From Wolbachia endosymbiont of Cimex lectularius (GTDB taxonomy: Bacteria > Pseudomonadota > Alphaproteobacteria > Rickettsiales > Anaplasmataceae), in contig NZ_AP013028.1 of assembly GCF_000829315.1 (NCBI RefSeq), forward strand, positions 1,218,061 through 1,250,060: 32,000 bases of DNA, read 5' to 3'. The position numbers and the translations under genes were made by a program. The number at the start of each line of letters is the position of its first letter. The first letter of the stretch is position 1. The notes below the pieces were generated by a model. The model was not told where the DNA came from. It ran no database searches and was given only the letters and a program-made list of their open reading frames with translations. Of the stretch, positions 18,499 through 29,612 are shown piece after piece.

Positions 18499-19099
18499 AA
18501 GTCACAGCAACAAGAGAGTCAGACTGCAGAGCAAGAAGACATAAACGATAAGTAACCCCTTTCTTATCATCCCGATCCCTGTCCAACTAGCTGACACTTG
18601 AAGTTGCTTGCGCTGCTTTATCTTTTCTCGAATGAATCATTACTAATTCATTAACACATCCTATTAAAAACCTAGAATACAACCATTGATCAAGTTATAA
18701 AATAATGGGTCAATCAGTAAATTTTTCGTTAAAAGTGTCGGCCAAAAGCCGCTCTGGGCAAGGTTTCGCGGGTGGGTTTTGCAGCAAGCAAAAATGTGTT
18801 TGCGTAATGTCCCATAGCAGGCTATAATAGACACAATATCAAATACTTAACAAAGAAAAAAAGAAAAGCAATAGCTGAGGGAAAATCAATGCTCACAAGG
18901 ATAAATTTAAAGAGACAGATGTTAAAACAGGTTGAAAATCTCGAAATAAATAGAGAAGATATTATTGAAAGGTTGTACAGTGTATGTATAATATACATAA
19001 CATAAAACTTTATAAAAGTTTATTGACAACTTTACAATTAAGACTTATTAAATATTTGGTGCTGTAAAATTGAACTAATAAAATGTTAAAGGAGCAAAA

Positions 19100-20638
19100 A
19101 TGGTGAAGGATTTTCCAAAAGACAGCTGTAATTTAAGCGATAGCTCAATCTACAAGGCACTTATCAGAGAAGAAGACATAGCCGCAAATCAAAAGCTCCA
19201 AGAGATTCAAGGAGCTGCAGACGAGTTTGCTAGACAGGCAATTATTAATAAATTAAGACAAGCGGAGATCGAGCACGAGAAACTTAAACTAGAGTTTGAG
19301 CAGGAAGCTTCTGACAGAGTCGATAACATCCTATCCTATGTCGAGCTGAGTGCTGCAGAAAATGAGGAAAATTTTACAAGTGGTATAGATGGTTTGCTGG
19401 TGAAGCTTTTTAAATTTTTCAACTTCATGGATAGCGAGCTTGGAGTAGAGACAGATCCGCAAGTCTACGGGATGGTAAAGGATCGGGAAGAAAAGGAAAC
19501 TTGGCTTGCTGCGATAATAAAGTTTTTACGGGATAAATTTAATAAGCTAATCAAGGCAATCTTCTCTCGCGATTTGAGTTTCAGGGAACAGATTGATAAG
19601 GAGATAGGAAAGCTATTTGAGAGATTGTTCGGTGATAGTTTATCCCAGGAAGAGGAGGCAGCAATATTGGAACGTCTTGAGGCTCTTCGTAATCTGAAAT
19701 TAAAGCTTCAAATGTTTGTGGCTGGCTCAGTTATTACGGTGTTTATCGAGCTCTTTTCAGTTGAGCTCACAGCTTCAGTAGAAACAACCAAAGAAGAAGG
19801 TAAAGAAAAAACATCAGCGAAAGAAAAAGAAGCAACTAAAGAAGTTCATGAAATTATGGAAATAAAGTTGGATACGAAAGGGAGATATCAAATCGTCGTT
19901 TCAAGTTATCTTCTCGACTTTTCATCTGGTGTTGCAAGGCCAATCACTCTGACCAAGCAAGAGCTTGATCTTTTGCCAAAACCTCTGGCAAATTTGGTGC
20001 ATCGTGTGCAAGAATATGCTACAAGTAAGGAAAATAGTTGGGTAAAAGAAACAAAAGTGAACGAAAATAAGCAAGCGAAACAACCAGCGCAAAAACCAAA
20101 TGTAGCTGCACGTCCAACAAAAGAGCCGGGAAAAGTGCCTGGGACGAGTGGGGTGAAATTTTGTTTCAAGTCTTATGGAGAATCTATTAATTTCAACACA
20201 AGGCGTTCAAATGCTAATGTTAATAGTGTTAATGGGAAAAAACCCGAGTCTAATAATAAGCAAGAAAATAAGTTTGCCGGTTCCGAAAGGAAGCTTCTAA
20301 ATAATGATGTTAATAGCATCAACAAAGAAGGAGGCAAGTCTACTAATGGTCAAAAAGCAGATAGCTCTTATGCTAAACTTGCAACAAAAGCTGCTGAGAG
20401 GAACGCCAGAAAAAAATGTGCTGAAGCATCTACCAAGCACGATTATCCAATTGATCATTTTCAAGTTCCATCGGAAACTAATGGAAAGTCTCATGCTAGT
20501 GCTGAGCGTGAACCTAAACCTAAACAGAGTTCTGTGAATAATGCTCAACCAACAGGTGAGTGTAGAGATGTAAAAATTAATAATCATGTAGAATCAATAG
20601 GAAAGACACAAAAAGAAGCATTATCGAGGAGTAGATGA
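19100..20638 (+). CDS. Hypothetical coiled-coil protein with Asn/Ser/Lys-rich tail; candidate secreted or surface factor
   Basis: 512-aa ORF with AGGAG upstream of ATG 19100. Hydrophobic segment 'LKLQMFVAGSVITVFIELFSVEL', then a low-complexity N/S/K/P-rich C-terminus. Confidence 0.7.
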   Translation: MVKDFPKDSCNLSDSSIYKALIREEDIAANQKLQEIQGAADEFARQAIINKLRQAEIEHEKLKLEFEQEASDRVDNILSYVELSAAENEENFTSGIDGLLVKLFKFFNFMDSELGVETDPQVYGMVKDREEKETWLAAIIKFLRDKFNKLIKAIFSRDLSFREQIDKEIGKLFERLFGDSLSQEEEAAILERLEALRNLKLKLQMFVAGSVITVFIELFSVELTASVETTKEEGKEKTSAKEKEATKEVHEIMEIKLDTKGRYQIVVSSYLLDFSSGVARPITLTKQELDLLPKPLANLVHRVQEYATSKENSWVKETKVNENKQAKQPAQKPNVAARPTKEPGKVPGTSGVKFCFKSYGESINFNTRRSNANVNSVNGKKPESNNKQENKFAGSERKLLNNDVNSINKEGGKSTNGQKADSSYAKLATKAAERNARKKCAEASTKHDYPIDHFQVPSETNGKSHASAEREPKPKQSSVNNAQPTGECRDVKINNHVESIGKTQKEALSRSR

Positions 20639-20747
20639 CATGAGGAGTAGGACCATGTGAAATCAATAGGAAAAGATGAGAAGACAGTAGAGATGTCTTG
20701 ATAAATTGTTACATCCTATGGGCTACTTGGATGACAAAGAGGATGTC

Positions 20748-20770
20748 ATTCCAGCGTGTGACGCTGGAAT
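20748..20770. repeat. Perfect 10-bp-stem palindrome core of the dispersed element, intergenic copy
   Basis: ATTCCAGCGT-gtg-ACGCTGGAAT. Confidence 0.85.
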
Positions 20771-20883
20771 CTGGGAGTATAAAAAAAACGAACAAAAATT
20801 TTTGAAAAAAAATAAAAAAAGTATTTGCATTGATAATTTACTTGTAGTATACTAATTACATAATATTTTTACTGGGGGTTAAT

Positions 20884-21087
20884 ATGCCAAACAATAACGA
20901 TAAAAAAGATAGTGGCAGTTCAAAAGGGTTTATTCCAAGTGACAGATTTGAGAAATACACTGGTCCTAACAAGGAAATACGTGATCAGTATGCAAAGTGG
21001 CAGCACGAACGTGAAAGTAGCAAGCCTAATACACAATTTGGTAGTAGTAGTGCTACTGGTGCCGGCAGTAGTAAAGGTAAAAGTTAA
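20884..21087 (+). CDS. Small hydrophilic Ser/Gly/Lys-rich protein (67 aa)
   Basis: 'MPNNNDKKDSGSSKGFIPSDRFEKYTGPNKEIRDQYAKWQHERESSKPNTQFGSSSATGAGSSKGKS'. 'gggggtt' lies upstream of the ATG, and the ORF sits 36 bp before the next ORF in the same orientation. Confidence 0.6.
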   Translation: MPNNNDKKDSGSSKGFIPSDRFEKYTGPNKEIRDQYAKWQHERESSKPNTQFGSSSATGAGSSKGKS

Positions 21088-21123
21088 TAATGTTGTTTAG
21101 TAACAATTTTAGTAGGGGTAGTT

Positions 21124-22980
21124 ATGAGTAATTCAGTAAAAGAGCTGGTCAATGCGTTTAATTTAAATAATTATGCTATTGATAAAGTTAACACTAACTT
21201 TACTGTAGAAGATAAAAAGAAAAAGATTGTTGGTTTATTTGCTAGCGATACTAATGTAGAGGAATATCTGCGGGAAGTAGGAGAGAAGGTAATAAAGCTG
21301 CACTATCGCACTAGAGAAGCGGCAAGTGAATATTATAACTTGCGGTGTTTTCCGTTTGTTTTAGGTACTAATGCTGATAAAAGGTATTTAGGTAAAGGTG
21401 TAATGGCAGTGGAGCTTGCAGATTCTGCAAATAAGGAAGTAATCCGTAACTTGAAGCTTCATTTTGTTAATGAATTTGAGAGGGTTATAGGGTTTCAAGT
21501 GATTGCAAGCCTAAGAGAAGAGGGAGTGACAGAGGAAGAAGCACGTAAGTGGGCAGAAGGAACTATACAAGTGGGAGCAATAAGTAGGTCTCTTCCTTAT
21601 CTGTGCTGTATAGCTTTTAGTGACGAGTACTTTAAGAGAGAGGAATATGATTCAGAGACTTTTGAGTTGTTTAAAGGAGTGTATATTCAAGAATTTAACT
21701 CAAGATTAAGAAAGTGTGGTCTTAAGAACTCGGATTTTTATGAATATAGGAATGGTATGTTGTACATTAAGGATGTTAGTGATAAGGTAGTCAAAAATGT
21801 GACAGAATATGTTAAAAAAGAAATAGCATTTGATTTTAGAACTCCAGGTAGTGTAGAGTCTAAAGTTGAAAATTGCAAAAATGTTCTTAATGATCTAATT
21901 TTTAAGTTTACGGGGAAATTAATTTATGGCTATGATTATGATGTCTTTACAGATGCAAAAAAAATAAAGTATGGTAATAGTTTTGCTCTTATACCTTTTA
22001 TAGAAGTGAATGGTCAGCTGCAATCTTTAAGCAAGGAAGATGTAGGTAAAATTAATAGCAAGTTAGGTGATGTTATAAGCGATATTAGAGGCAAAACTGA
22101 AAATCCACAATTTGCTAATTGTAAAGAGCCAGTGTATGCTATCTATAATAAAAGGATTACTCAGTTACTCCCTAGGATTATGGAGTCTCCAATTGCGTAT
22201 AATAGAGACTTTGAACGTTTTGAATTTGCAGTTAATCTTGAAAATCTTGGAAATCGGCAAAGGTCATTTTCACCCAATCCTGGTTCTGATGTGGAAGACT
22301 CACCAAGTTCATCACTTAACAAAACTGATTCTCCCATACGCTTCCCTAATCGATCTCCTTCTCTGTCGGAGGTAAATGGTTCAGTACGAAACGAGCCAGG
22401 GTACCGCGATTCTGTAGCTTCCAAAGGTTCCGAATTTTCCAAAAGAAGTAGTGGCTATTATTCAGAATCAGCGTCTTCAGTTGCTGATGCAGAGCCTAGT
22501 GCAGGACCTAGTACGAGGCCTAGTGATGAAAATTGGTTCTTTCGCGATTCTCCACGGGTTTCGTCGATGAGTAGTTCTTCAACTAGCGATTCTATATCAA
22601 GCAATGCGTCAGTTGGCACTGTTTTATCAGGTAAAGGTGGTTTACCCCACTTTAAGGCACAGTTAACGGGACCTGCGGGTTTTCCTGCTGCACGATGTAC
22701 TAAAGCTATGAAGGGAGTACCTACTGCAGTCGATAGTTTCAAATGTTCAGTGCATGGGCTAAGTGCTGTTACTGGTACAGCGACATTTGTCCCTGTTTCT
22801 GTCTCACATGTAAAGCCTGTGGGTTTTGAATATTTGAGGCATGATGAAAGTACTATAAAGAAATTTCTAGCAAATGGTGAAAGGGAGTGGGGTCGTTCTG
22901 GACAATCTGAGCATCGGTGGCAAGATGAAGAAAAACGTAGGTCTTCTACAAAACAGGCCACAAAGGAAAGGGTTTATTAA
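21124..22980 (+). CDS. Hypothetical protein: folded-looking N-terminal domain and Ser/Pro-rich tail; candidate effector
   Basis: 618-aa ORF. 'taggggtag' lies upstream of ATG 21124. There is a composition break near aa 370 into 'SFSPNPGSDVEDSPSSSLNKTDSPIRFPNRSPSLSEVNGS...'. Confidence 0.75.
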   Translation: MSNSVKELVNAFNLNNYAIDKVNTNFTVEDKKKKIVGLFASDTNVEEYLREVGEKVIKLHYRTREAASEYYNLRCFPFVLGTNADKRYLGKGVMAVELADSANKEVIRNLKLHFVNEFERVIGFQVIASLREEGVTEEEARKWAEGTIQVGAISRSLPYLCCIAFSDEYFKREEYDSETFELFKGVYIQEFNSRLRKCGLKNSDFYEYRNGMLYIKDVSDKVVKNVTEYVKKEIAFDFRTPGSVESKVENCKNVLNDLIFKFTGKLIYGYDYDVFTDAKKIKYGNSFALIPFIEVNGQLQSLSKEDVGKINSKLGDVISDIRGKTENPQFANCKEPVYAIYNKRITQLLPRIMESPIAYNRDFERFEFAVNLENLGNRQRSFSPNPGSDVEDSPSSSLNKTDSPIRFPNRSPSLSEVNGSVRNEPGYRDSVASKGSEFSKRSSGYYSESASSVADAEPSAGPSTRPSDENWFFRDSPRVSSMSSSSTSDSISSNASVGTVLSGKGGLPHFKAQLTGPAGFPAARCTKAMKGVPTAVDSFKCSVHGLSAVTGTATFVPVSVSHVKPVGFEYLRHDESTIKKFLANGEREWGRSGQSEHRWQDEEKRRSSTKQATKERVY

Positions 22981-23109
22981 TTTATTCACTACAACTAACC
23001 AAGGTCAGGGCTTTTGTCTTGGCCCTCTGGGGTTGTTTCTAAGCAAAAACTCAAATTAGACAAGAAGGTTTGAGCAAATTGGATCAGCTATATTTTTAAT
23101 ATTGGCGTT

Positions 23110-23640
23110 TTTTGTGTACTCTTGAACTACTTTAGTTATAAATATTAAGAAATTCACCAGGCAGAAAAAAAGCAAAAGAAGCCCCGGTCGGTGGCTAATT
23201 ATTTATATGTACCTCAAATATCGGCGTTTTTATTCTCAACGCTACGATTCAGCTACTTTTAAATGCAAATAACCAAAACTGTAAACGTTAAGAAATTTAC
23301 TAAGCAGGAAAAAAAGCAAAAAAGCTCTGAGGCAACTAGTATTCAAATTCTCCCTTGTCTATTTGACGTTCTATACTGTCTTAAACGACTTATAGGCGCG
23401 TTTCAGCTTGTATAGGTAAAAACCTAGAAGTCTAGGTAAAATTAATAAAGACATAAGGTGCACATAGTGCAAAAATTTAAACATGAGACGCCAAATACCC
23501 TAAGTTTTTTGTCATTAACCTGCACAGATTGCGAAGATAAATAAATAGCTTCAGTACTGTGATAATGATATTGGCAAAGGTTGTCAAGTAGTTTTTTCTC
23601 ATTTCTATTGGGTAGCTTTTTTCCACTGCTGTCCATCCAC
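23110..23640. repeat. Diverged or partial copies of intergenic repeat modules also found in the 12.9-13.4 kb and 27.2-27.6 kb arms
   Basis: 'gttataaatattaagaaattcaccaggcagaaaaaaagcaaaagaagccccggtc' (about 23137) and 'gtaaacgttaagaaatttactaagcaggaaaaaaagcaaaaaagctc' (about 23281) resemble 12914 'gttataaatatttaaggaatttaccaagcgaaaaaaaagcaaaagaagccctggtc'. 'aaagacataaggtgcacatagtgcaaaaat' resembles 'aaagacatgcagtgtccatgctgcaaaaat'. Confidence 0.6.
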
Positions 23641-23748
23641 TTTCTGTGTAGTGAGGATTGGTATTAGAAAAAGCCGTAGCACAAAAGTCTTGAAGCTTAG
23701 TGCAAAAGTTTATCAAAGAAATTTTAATATTGTGATCAGCATGCATAT

Positions 23749-24774
23749 TTACAACTCTAAACCTGGTAAATTCCCAGTAAAAAGTAGCACTCCTGAGATG
23801 AGTATTAGCCAAAGTACTGATATTGGCAGAAACACTTTCCAACCAAGACGCATTAGCTGATCATATCGATATCGAGGTATTGTTGCCCTAATCCAAATAA
23901 ATATGAACAACAATAAAGCTATTTTCAAGACAAACCAAATTAAACCTGGAATTTTATACAAAAAACTAAGCTCTAGAGGAGGATGGTATCCTCCTAAGAA
24001 AAATATTGTCATCATAGCGCTCGCTAAGATCATGTTTGCATATTCTCCCAAGAAAAAGAGGGCAAAAGGCATTGATGAATATTCAACATTATACCCAGAG
24101 ACAAGCTCTGCTTCAGCTTCTGGTAAATCAAACGGATGACGGTTAGTTTCTGCAAGAAGAGAGATAAAAAACACTATTGCCATAGGTATGAGTAGTAGAT
24201 CAACCCAAAATGGCATATTATGCTTTGTTACTACCATTTCTCCGAGATTTAGCGTGCCAGTTGTAACAACAACTGTGGCAACTATTAAGCCTATCGAAAC
24301 TTCGTATGAGATCATCTGGGCAGCTGACCTTATAGCGCCAAGAAACGCGTAATTGGAATTACTTGCCCAGCCTGCAATAATAATGCCATATACCTCTAAA
24401 GAGGATACAGCTAGCACATAAAGTACTCCAACATTAATATTTGCTATCACCTTAGGAATTACTGTCTGTTGCCCGTTTTCTATAATTACTTCAGCACCAA
24501 ATGGTATAACTGCCCAGGCGATTAATGCTAAAATAAAGGTGAGCATCGGAGCCATGATGAACAATATGGTATTTGCCCTAAATGGTATTATCGGCTCTTT
24601 AATCAGTAATTTAATTGCATCTGCAAATGGCTGTAATAGTCCAAAAGGTCCAACGACGCTTGGACCATGTCTTAGCTGAATTGCACCAATAAATTTGCGT
24701 TCGAAGTACACCAAATATGCTACTGAGAGCAGTAACGGCACCAAAACAAATAAAATGTTAACTAGCGTGTCCAT
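23749..24774 (-). CDS. nuoH: NADH-quinone oxidoreductase subunit H
   Basis: '[42 protein letters not shown]', '[13 protein letters not shown]', '[26 protein letters not shown]'. Confidence 0.98.
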   Translation of the reverse strand: MDTLVNILFVLVPLLLSVAYLVYFERKFIGAIQLRHGPSVVGPFGLLQPFADAIKLLIKEPIIPFRANTILFIMAPMLTFILALIAWAVIPFGAEVIIENGQQTVIPKVIANINVGVLYVLAVSSLEVYGIIIAGWASNSNYAFLGAIRSAAQMISYEVSIGLIVATVVVTTGTLNLGEMVVTKHNMPFWVDLLLIPMAIVFFISLLAETNRHPFDLPEAEAELVSGYNVEYSSMPFALFFLGEYANMILASAMMTIFFLGGYHPPLELSFLYKIPGLIWFVLKIALLLFIFIWIRATIPRYRYDQLMRLGWKVFLPISVLWLILISGVLLFTGNLPGLEL

Positions 24775-26806
24775 AGAAAGCCTTGGTACAATCTGCCATT
24801 ATTTTTGAAGCGCGGCTTATGGAATCTGTCATATAAAAATTATATTCTTTTAGGGCGAAAGGCGCACTGCTTAGTTTTATCTCGTCGCAGGTAATTGGCA
24901 CCCATTTGTTTTTTATCACCTGGTCAGCGTTTCTAAACTGTGGGCCTATAGTATCTAATTTTTTTTTCACGTCAAATAAACTATCATATGGGAAGGAGAG
25001 GCCCAGATATTGCGACAAATTTTTAATAATCAACCAGTCTTCCTTTGCTTCACCAGGGGGAAATACAGCTAAATTTGTTCTCTGCACTCGCCCTTCAGTA
25101 TTCACATAAGTTGCATATTTCTCTATGTATGTAGCTCCAGGTAGAATAACATCTGCTATATGTGCCCCTCTATCGCCATGATGACCTTGATAAATTACAA
25201 ATGTATTTTCTAACTTTGATGTGTCAATTTCATCTGCACCGAGAAGATAAACAGCTTCTATATCGCCACTTTCTGCTTGCTTTAGTATTTGGTTAGTGTC
25301 TTTTCCACCTTTTTGGGGAACAAATCCAATATCTAATCCACCAACTCGTGCTGCGGCTTTGTGCAGCACATTAAAACCATTCCAGTCATCTTTGACCATG
25401 TTAAAATTTTCTGCAATTGTGCCAGCTAAAGCTAAAATTGATTCGGAATCATCTCTTGTTAATGCATCTTGACCGATGATGATCATAGGGTTTTTAGCAG
25501 CGCTTAGCAGCTTGCAAAATTTGTGATTTCCTTTCGCTATTTCATTTAAAATGCTAGGATTATCGCCTAGCTTCTCAACATGATACAAATATTCAATGTC
25601 AGGACCAATGCTTGCAATAGGAAAGTTGCCTTGTAAATATCTTTTTCTTATACGTGCATTAATAATTGGTGCCTCTACTTTAGGATTTGTGTTTATAAGC
25701 AGGCATAAATCTGCATTCTCTATACCCTGAGTAGTGGTGTTGAACACGTATGATCCACGATTATTTTGTATAAGCTTTGCTCCATCCTGCCTACAATCTA
25801 TATTTGCTGAGCCAAGCTTATGCATCATTTCTTTTAGTAGAAGCATAGACTCACAATCCGCAAAATCACCTGCAATTGCAGCTATTTTGTTTGGCTTTGT
25901 ACTTCTTAGTTTTTTTGCAGCAACAGTTAGTGCTTCATTCCAATCAACCGGTGTTAATTTACCATCTTTCTTTATATAAGGTTGGTCAAGGCGTTGCACT
26001 TTTAGTCCATCGTAAGCAAAACGAGTTTTGTCTGATATCCATTCCTCATTCACTTCTTCATTGAGTCTTGGCAATATTCGCATCACTTCCGGACCGCGAT
26101 AATCGACTCTGATCGCACTTCCCACAGCATCGAGCACATCTATAGTTTCGCAATGTGATAGATCCCATGGACGCGCCTTAAATGAGTAAGGTTTTGAAGT
26201 TAAAGCTCCTACAGGGCAGAGGTCTATGATATTTCCAGATAACTCGGAGCTAATATGCCTTTTTATGTAAGTGCTGATCTCTACATTTTCTCCTCTACCA
26301 ATTCCTCCAAGTTCGTTTGTACCTGCAACATCAGACAAGAACCTAACGCATCGAGTGCAATGGATGCATCTATTCATTGCAGTTTCAATAAGTGGCCCAA
26401 AATGCTTTTTTGGTACAGCCCTTTTATGTTCATCAAGTCTGCTAGTTCCCTTTCCATAGGCCATTGTTATATCTTGCAAATCACACTCACCACCTTGATC
26501 ACAAATTGGGCAATCAAGCGGATGGTTAATTAGCAAAAACTCGAGCACTCCTTCACGTGCCTTTTTGACTTTTGGGGTATCAGTATGAATAATCATACCC
26601 TCTGCAACTGGTATTGCGCAAGAGGCTACTGGTTTTGGAGGTCCGCCTTCCACTTCAACCAAACACATTCTACAGTTACCGGCGATTGCTAAGCGCTCAT
26701 GATAACAAAAGCGTGGAATTTCAACGCCCACAGCTTCACAGGCTTGGATTATAGTAAGCCCAGCCTCTACTTCACATTCCTTAGAGTTAATGGTAATCTT
26801 AACCAC
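24758..26806 (-). CDS. nuoG: NADH-quinone oxidoreductase subunit G
   Basis: 2Fe-2S and 4Fe-4S ligands '[21 protein letters not shown]', '[18 protein letters not shown]', '[13 protein letters not shown]', '[14 protein letters not shown]'. Overlaps nuoH by 17 bp. Confidence 0.98.
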   Translation of the reverse strand: MVKITINSKECEVEAGLTIIQACEAVGVEIPRFCYHERLAIAGNCRMCLVEVEGGPPKPVASCAIPVAEGMIIHTDTPKVKKAREGVLEFLLINHPLDCPICDQGGECDLQDITMAYGKGTSRLDEHKRAVPKKHFGPLIETAMNRCIHCTRCVRFLSDVAGTNELGGIGRGENVEISTYIKRHISSELSGNIIDLCPVGALTSKPYSFKARPWDLSHCETIDVLDAVGSAIRVDYRGPEVMRILPRLNEEVNEEWISDKTRFAYDGLKVQRLDQPYIKKDGKLTPVDWNEALTVAAKKLRSTKPNKIAAIAGDFADCESMLLLKEMMHKLGSANIDCRQDGAKLIQNNRGSYVFNTTTQGIENADLCLLINTNPKVEAPIINARIRKRYLQGNFPIASIGPDIEYLYHVEKLGDNPSILNEIAKGNHKFCKLLSAAKNPMIIIGQDALTRDDSESILALAGTIAENFNMVKDDWNGFNVLHKAAARVGGLDIGFVPQKGGKDTNQILKQAESGDIEAVYLLGADEIDTSKLENTFVIYQGHHGDRGAHIADVILPGATYIEKYATYVNTEGRVQRTNLAVFPPGEAKEDWLIIKNLSQYLGLSFPYDSLFDVKKKLDTIGPQFRNADQVIKNKWVPITCDEIKLSSAPFALKEYNFYMTDSISRASKIMADCTKAFYGHAS

Positions 26807-26819
26807 AAATTTAAACCCA

Positions 26820-27029
26820 CTATACAGCTTCCCACTTTATAGGATTACCACTTTCGTCTTGAACGAGACTACCATCCCCATATTCAGCGGACATATAATT
26901 CATACGTGAGTCGCGATCTATATATCTAACTGGTTTTACCGGTTTATCTTTATACATTTTTTGCTTAGCTTTCTGACGCTGAGTAGGGTTATTTTTACTA
27001 GCTGTTTTCGCTTTTCCGCCTGCTGCCAT
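26820..27029 (-). CDS. Small basic hypothetical protein (69 aa)
   Basis: '...KPVRYIDRDSRMNYMSAEYGDGSLVQDESGNPIKWEAV'. Ends 13 bp before nuoG on the same strand. Confidence 0.6.
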   Translation of the reverse strand: MAAGGKAKTASKNNPTQRQKAKQKMYKDKPVKPVRYIDRDSRMNYMSAEYGDGSLVQDESGNPIKWEAV

Positions 27030-27158
27030 ATGAACTCCTAAAAACTTCTCATTTTATTTTAGCACTTAAGTGTACAGCGTCAACATTAAATAACTTTAAA
27101 GTTTCAATGGATATCTAAAAACAAAAAAACTACTTGAAAACCTTCGTCAATCCCCCTA

Positions 27159-27780
27159 CCATAGTATTGTGGGTGTTTTAGGCCTAAAATTTATCTTTAA
27201 TCTTTGTATTAAGTGACAAAAGCACAGTATAAAACAAGGCGTGTTATGTTTAATTTTTGCAGCATGGACACTGCATGTCTTTATAATTTTTTGTCTACAT
27301 TAGCTGAGCCTCGCTTATTAAGCGGTGTAAGAGAGAACCGGACGCCAAATTTTTGAGAGAACAGTAAACAACTCACGTTGCGGGGTTCTTTTTGTCTTTT
27401 TTTTAATTAGTTAAAAATTTAACCAATCCCGTTTTTTTCACAAAAAAATTGCTTGACAAGTTTTGACGTTTCCCTTATATTATAAATTATGGGTGTTTAC
27501 AACCCCAAGGTCAGCTACTTGTCAAGCGTACAGAGCATTAACGCCAAGTTATTAAAATAGACATTGACCAGGGCTTTTTTTTCTCTATTCGGTAATTTCT
27601 TAATATTTATTGCTAATTGTAATTCATGAATTGAGTAGGAGGGTGTCATGCCAGTGCTTGACACTGGCATCCAGGAATTTTATTAAGTTAGTGAGTATAA
27701 AAGTAGCTGTTTTATGTTAAAATACGACGTTTTTGATAATTATGGAAAGGCTGGATCCCAGTATCAAGTACTGGGATGAC
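27159..27780 (-). repeat. Right arm of the long inverted repeat (partner 12704-13375)
   Basis: Reverse-complement similarity to 12704-13375 traced by eye. The left arm has extra sequence around 12835-12915. Confidence 0.93.
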
Positions 27781-28061
27781 AAAAAAAGGGGCTACTCGGA
27801 TGACAAGAAAAGGAGTGCTGAGATGACAAGAAGATGGCACTGGTATGATAAGAAATGTGCTACTTTCATGACACTCTTCCAGTGAGGGTTGCTCTTAAAC
27901 TATAATGTTCGTACAGTTGTGGGCTAAAAAACCATTCAAACAATAGTTTAGAGAGTTACTCAAACCTAGAAATCAGATCTTAGCCAACCAGCTCAGAGAA
28001 TTACTCCTTGTCATTTGTAGTGTACTGCATTAATATTTACGTGTTAATCCAGAAGATATTG

Positions 28062-29369
28062 ATGAATAATATTATAATTGTTGGTCTACAGTGGGGCGAT
28101 GAAGGAAAGGGTAAAATAGTAGATTATCTTTCTGAGAACGCAGACGTAGTCGTAAGATTTCAGGGGGGAAATAATGCAGGGCATACTATAGTAATAGATG
28201 ATGAGGTTTATAAATTAAATTTGCTACCTTCCGCTGTTTTAAGGACGGGCAAAATATCTGTTATAGGAAACGGTGTTGCTCTTGATTCACATGCTCTAAT
28301 CTCAGAAATAGAGTCATTAAAAACTAGAGGAATAGATATCAACCCGAGCAATTTGATTGTCTCTGAAAGCTGCTCATTGATACTTAATGTACATAAGGAC
28401 AAGGAAAAATTATTTGAAGATTTAAACGGGAATCACAAAATTGGCACAACAAACAAAGGAATAGGGCCGTGTTATGAAGATAAAGTTGGAAGAAGAGCTA
28501 TACGCCTTTGTGACTTAGAAAACGCAGATGAGCTCAATAATAGAGTGGATACTCTTCTGAATTATCACAATGCTATCAGGAAAAGCCTAAACTTTCAGGT
28601 AGTAAAAAAAGAAGAAATGTTAAAGGAAATTGAAGAGATCGCAAAAAAAATTCTTCCATACAAAAAGCCAGTGTGGAAAATATTGAACGATCTTGCAAGA
28701 GAAGGTAAGAAAATAATATTTGAAGGCGCCCAAGGCACATTTTTAGATATCGACCATGGGACATACCCTTTCGTTACTTCAAGCAATACCGTAGCATCAC
28801 AAGCAATAACAGGCTCGGGATTGTTTTCCAATGCCTATGTTATCGGTGTAGCAAAAGCTTATACAACAAGAGTAGGCAACGGTCCATTCCCTACTGAGCA
28901 GAAAAATGAAGTGGGAGATAGCTTATTTGCTATAGGCAAGGAGCTTGGAACAGTGAGTAATAGAAGAAGACGCTGCGGTTGGTTTGATGCAGTTTTAGTG
29001 CGCCAGGCAGTGCAACTTTCTGGAGTTTCAAGTATTGTATTAACTAAACTAGATATTCTTGACTCTTTTGACACAGTTAAAATATGTACTGGTTATAAGT
29101 GCAGTGGAAGAATATACGATTATCTGCCTGCATCACATTCAATACAAGGAGAATTGGAGCCGATATATGAGGAATTTCCTGGTTGGAAAGAAAACACTCA
29201 AGGCAAAAGGTCGGTTGAGGAGTTGCCTGCAAATTTGATGAGATATGTGAGAAAAATAGAAGAATTAATAGGTGTACCAATTTATCTAATTTCAACTAGT
29301 CCAAAGAGGGAGGACGTTATAGAACTTAAAGATTTTAAGTTTTCTGAAAGTATTTTTGCATCTTATTAA
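28062..29369 (+). CDS. purA: adenylosuccinate synthetase
   Basis: Start at ATG 28062 ('MNNIIIVGLQWGDEGKGKIVDYL'), because the ORF-track start at 28008 adds a non-homologous leader. 'VVRFQGGNNAGHTIV', 'GTTNKGIGPCYEDK', 'FEGAQGTFLDIDHGTYPFVTSSNT'. Confidence 0.97.
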   Translation: MNNIIIVGLQWGDEGKGKIVDYLSENADVVVRFQGGNNAGHTIVIDDEVYKLNLLPSAVLRTGKISVIGNGVALDSHALISEIESLKTRGIDINPSNLIVSESCSLILNVHKDKEKLFEDLNGNHKIGTTNKGIGPCYEDKVGRRAIRLCDLENADELNNRVDTLLNYHNAIRKSLNFQVVKKEEMLKEIEEIAKKILPYKKPVWKILNDLAREGKKIIFEGAQGTFLDIDHGTYPFVTSSNTVASQAITGSGLFSNAYVIGVAKAYTTRVGNGPFPTEQKNEVGDSLFAIGKELGTVSNRRRRCGWFDAVLVRQAVQLSGVSSIVLTKLDILDSFDTVKICTGYKCSGRIYDYLPASHSIQGELEPIYEEFPGWKENTQGKRSVEELPANLMRYVRKIEELIGVPIYLISTSPKREDVIELKDFKFSESIFASY

Positions 29370-29433
29370 CTGTTATCCAATAAAAAACGCTTATTTAGCG
29401 AAAAAAACACTTGCGCGGCTTTAAACATTAACC

Positions 29434-29458
29434 TATTATGCAAAACAGCTTTGCATAA
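29434..29458. terminator. Perfect 10-bp-stem hairpin downstream of purA; possible terminator or regulatory hairpin
   Basis: ATTATGCAAA-acagc-TTTGCATAAT. No T-tract follows, so intrinsic termination is not assured. Confidence 0.35.
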
Positions 29459-29612
29459 TGATGTATGGTGAAGGTAAATTCAGTGTATGACGAAAGCAAA
29501 AAGTTGAGCTCAAGTCTAACGCTTACAGTTATTTTCAACATTTCATTGTCAAGGTTTGTGTAGAGGAAGCTGTTAGCTTAAAATTTTTTTAAGAATATAT
29601 TAATTAAAATAG

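Noticed and set aside
19100-22980. Adjacent large ORFs considered as a cifA-cifB type toxin-antidote operon
   Set aside because: I see no deubiquitinase (Ulp1-like) or PD-(D/E)XK nuclease signature, no phage WO genes nearby, and the upstream partner is only 67 aa.
23477-23860. 121-aa minus ORF and 69-aa plus ORF around the nuoH 3' end
   Set aside because: Both overlap the real nuoH end or the intergenic repeat region, occupy opposite strands of the same DNA and show no family features.
28008-28061. N-terminal extension of PurA from the ORF track
   Set aside because: 'MSFVVYCINIYVLIQKIL' has no likeness to PurA. ATG 28062 gives the normal 'MNNIIIVGLQWGDEGKGK' start.
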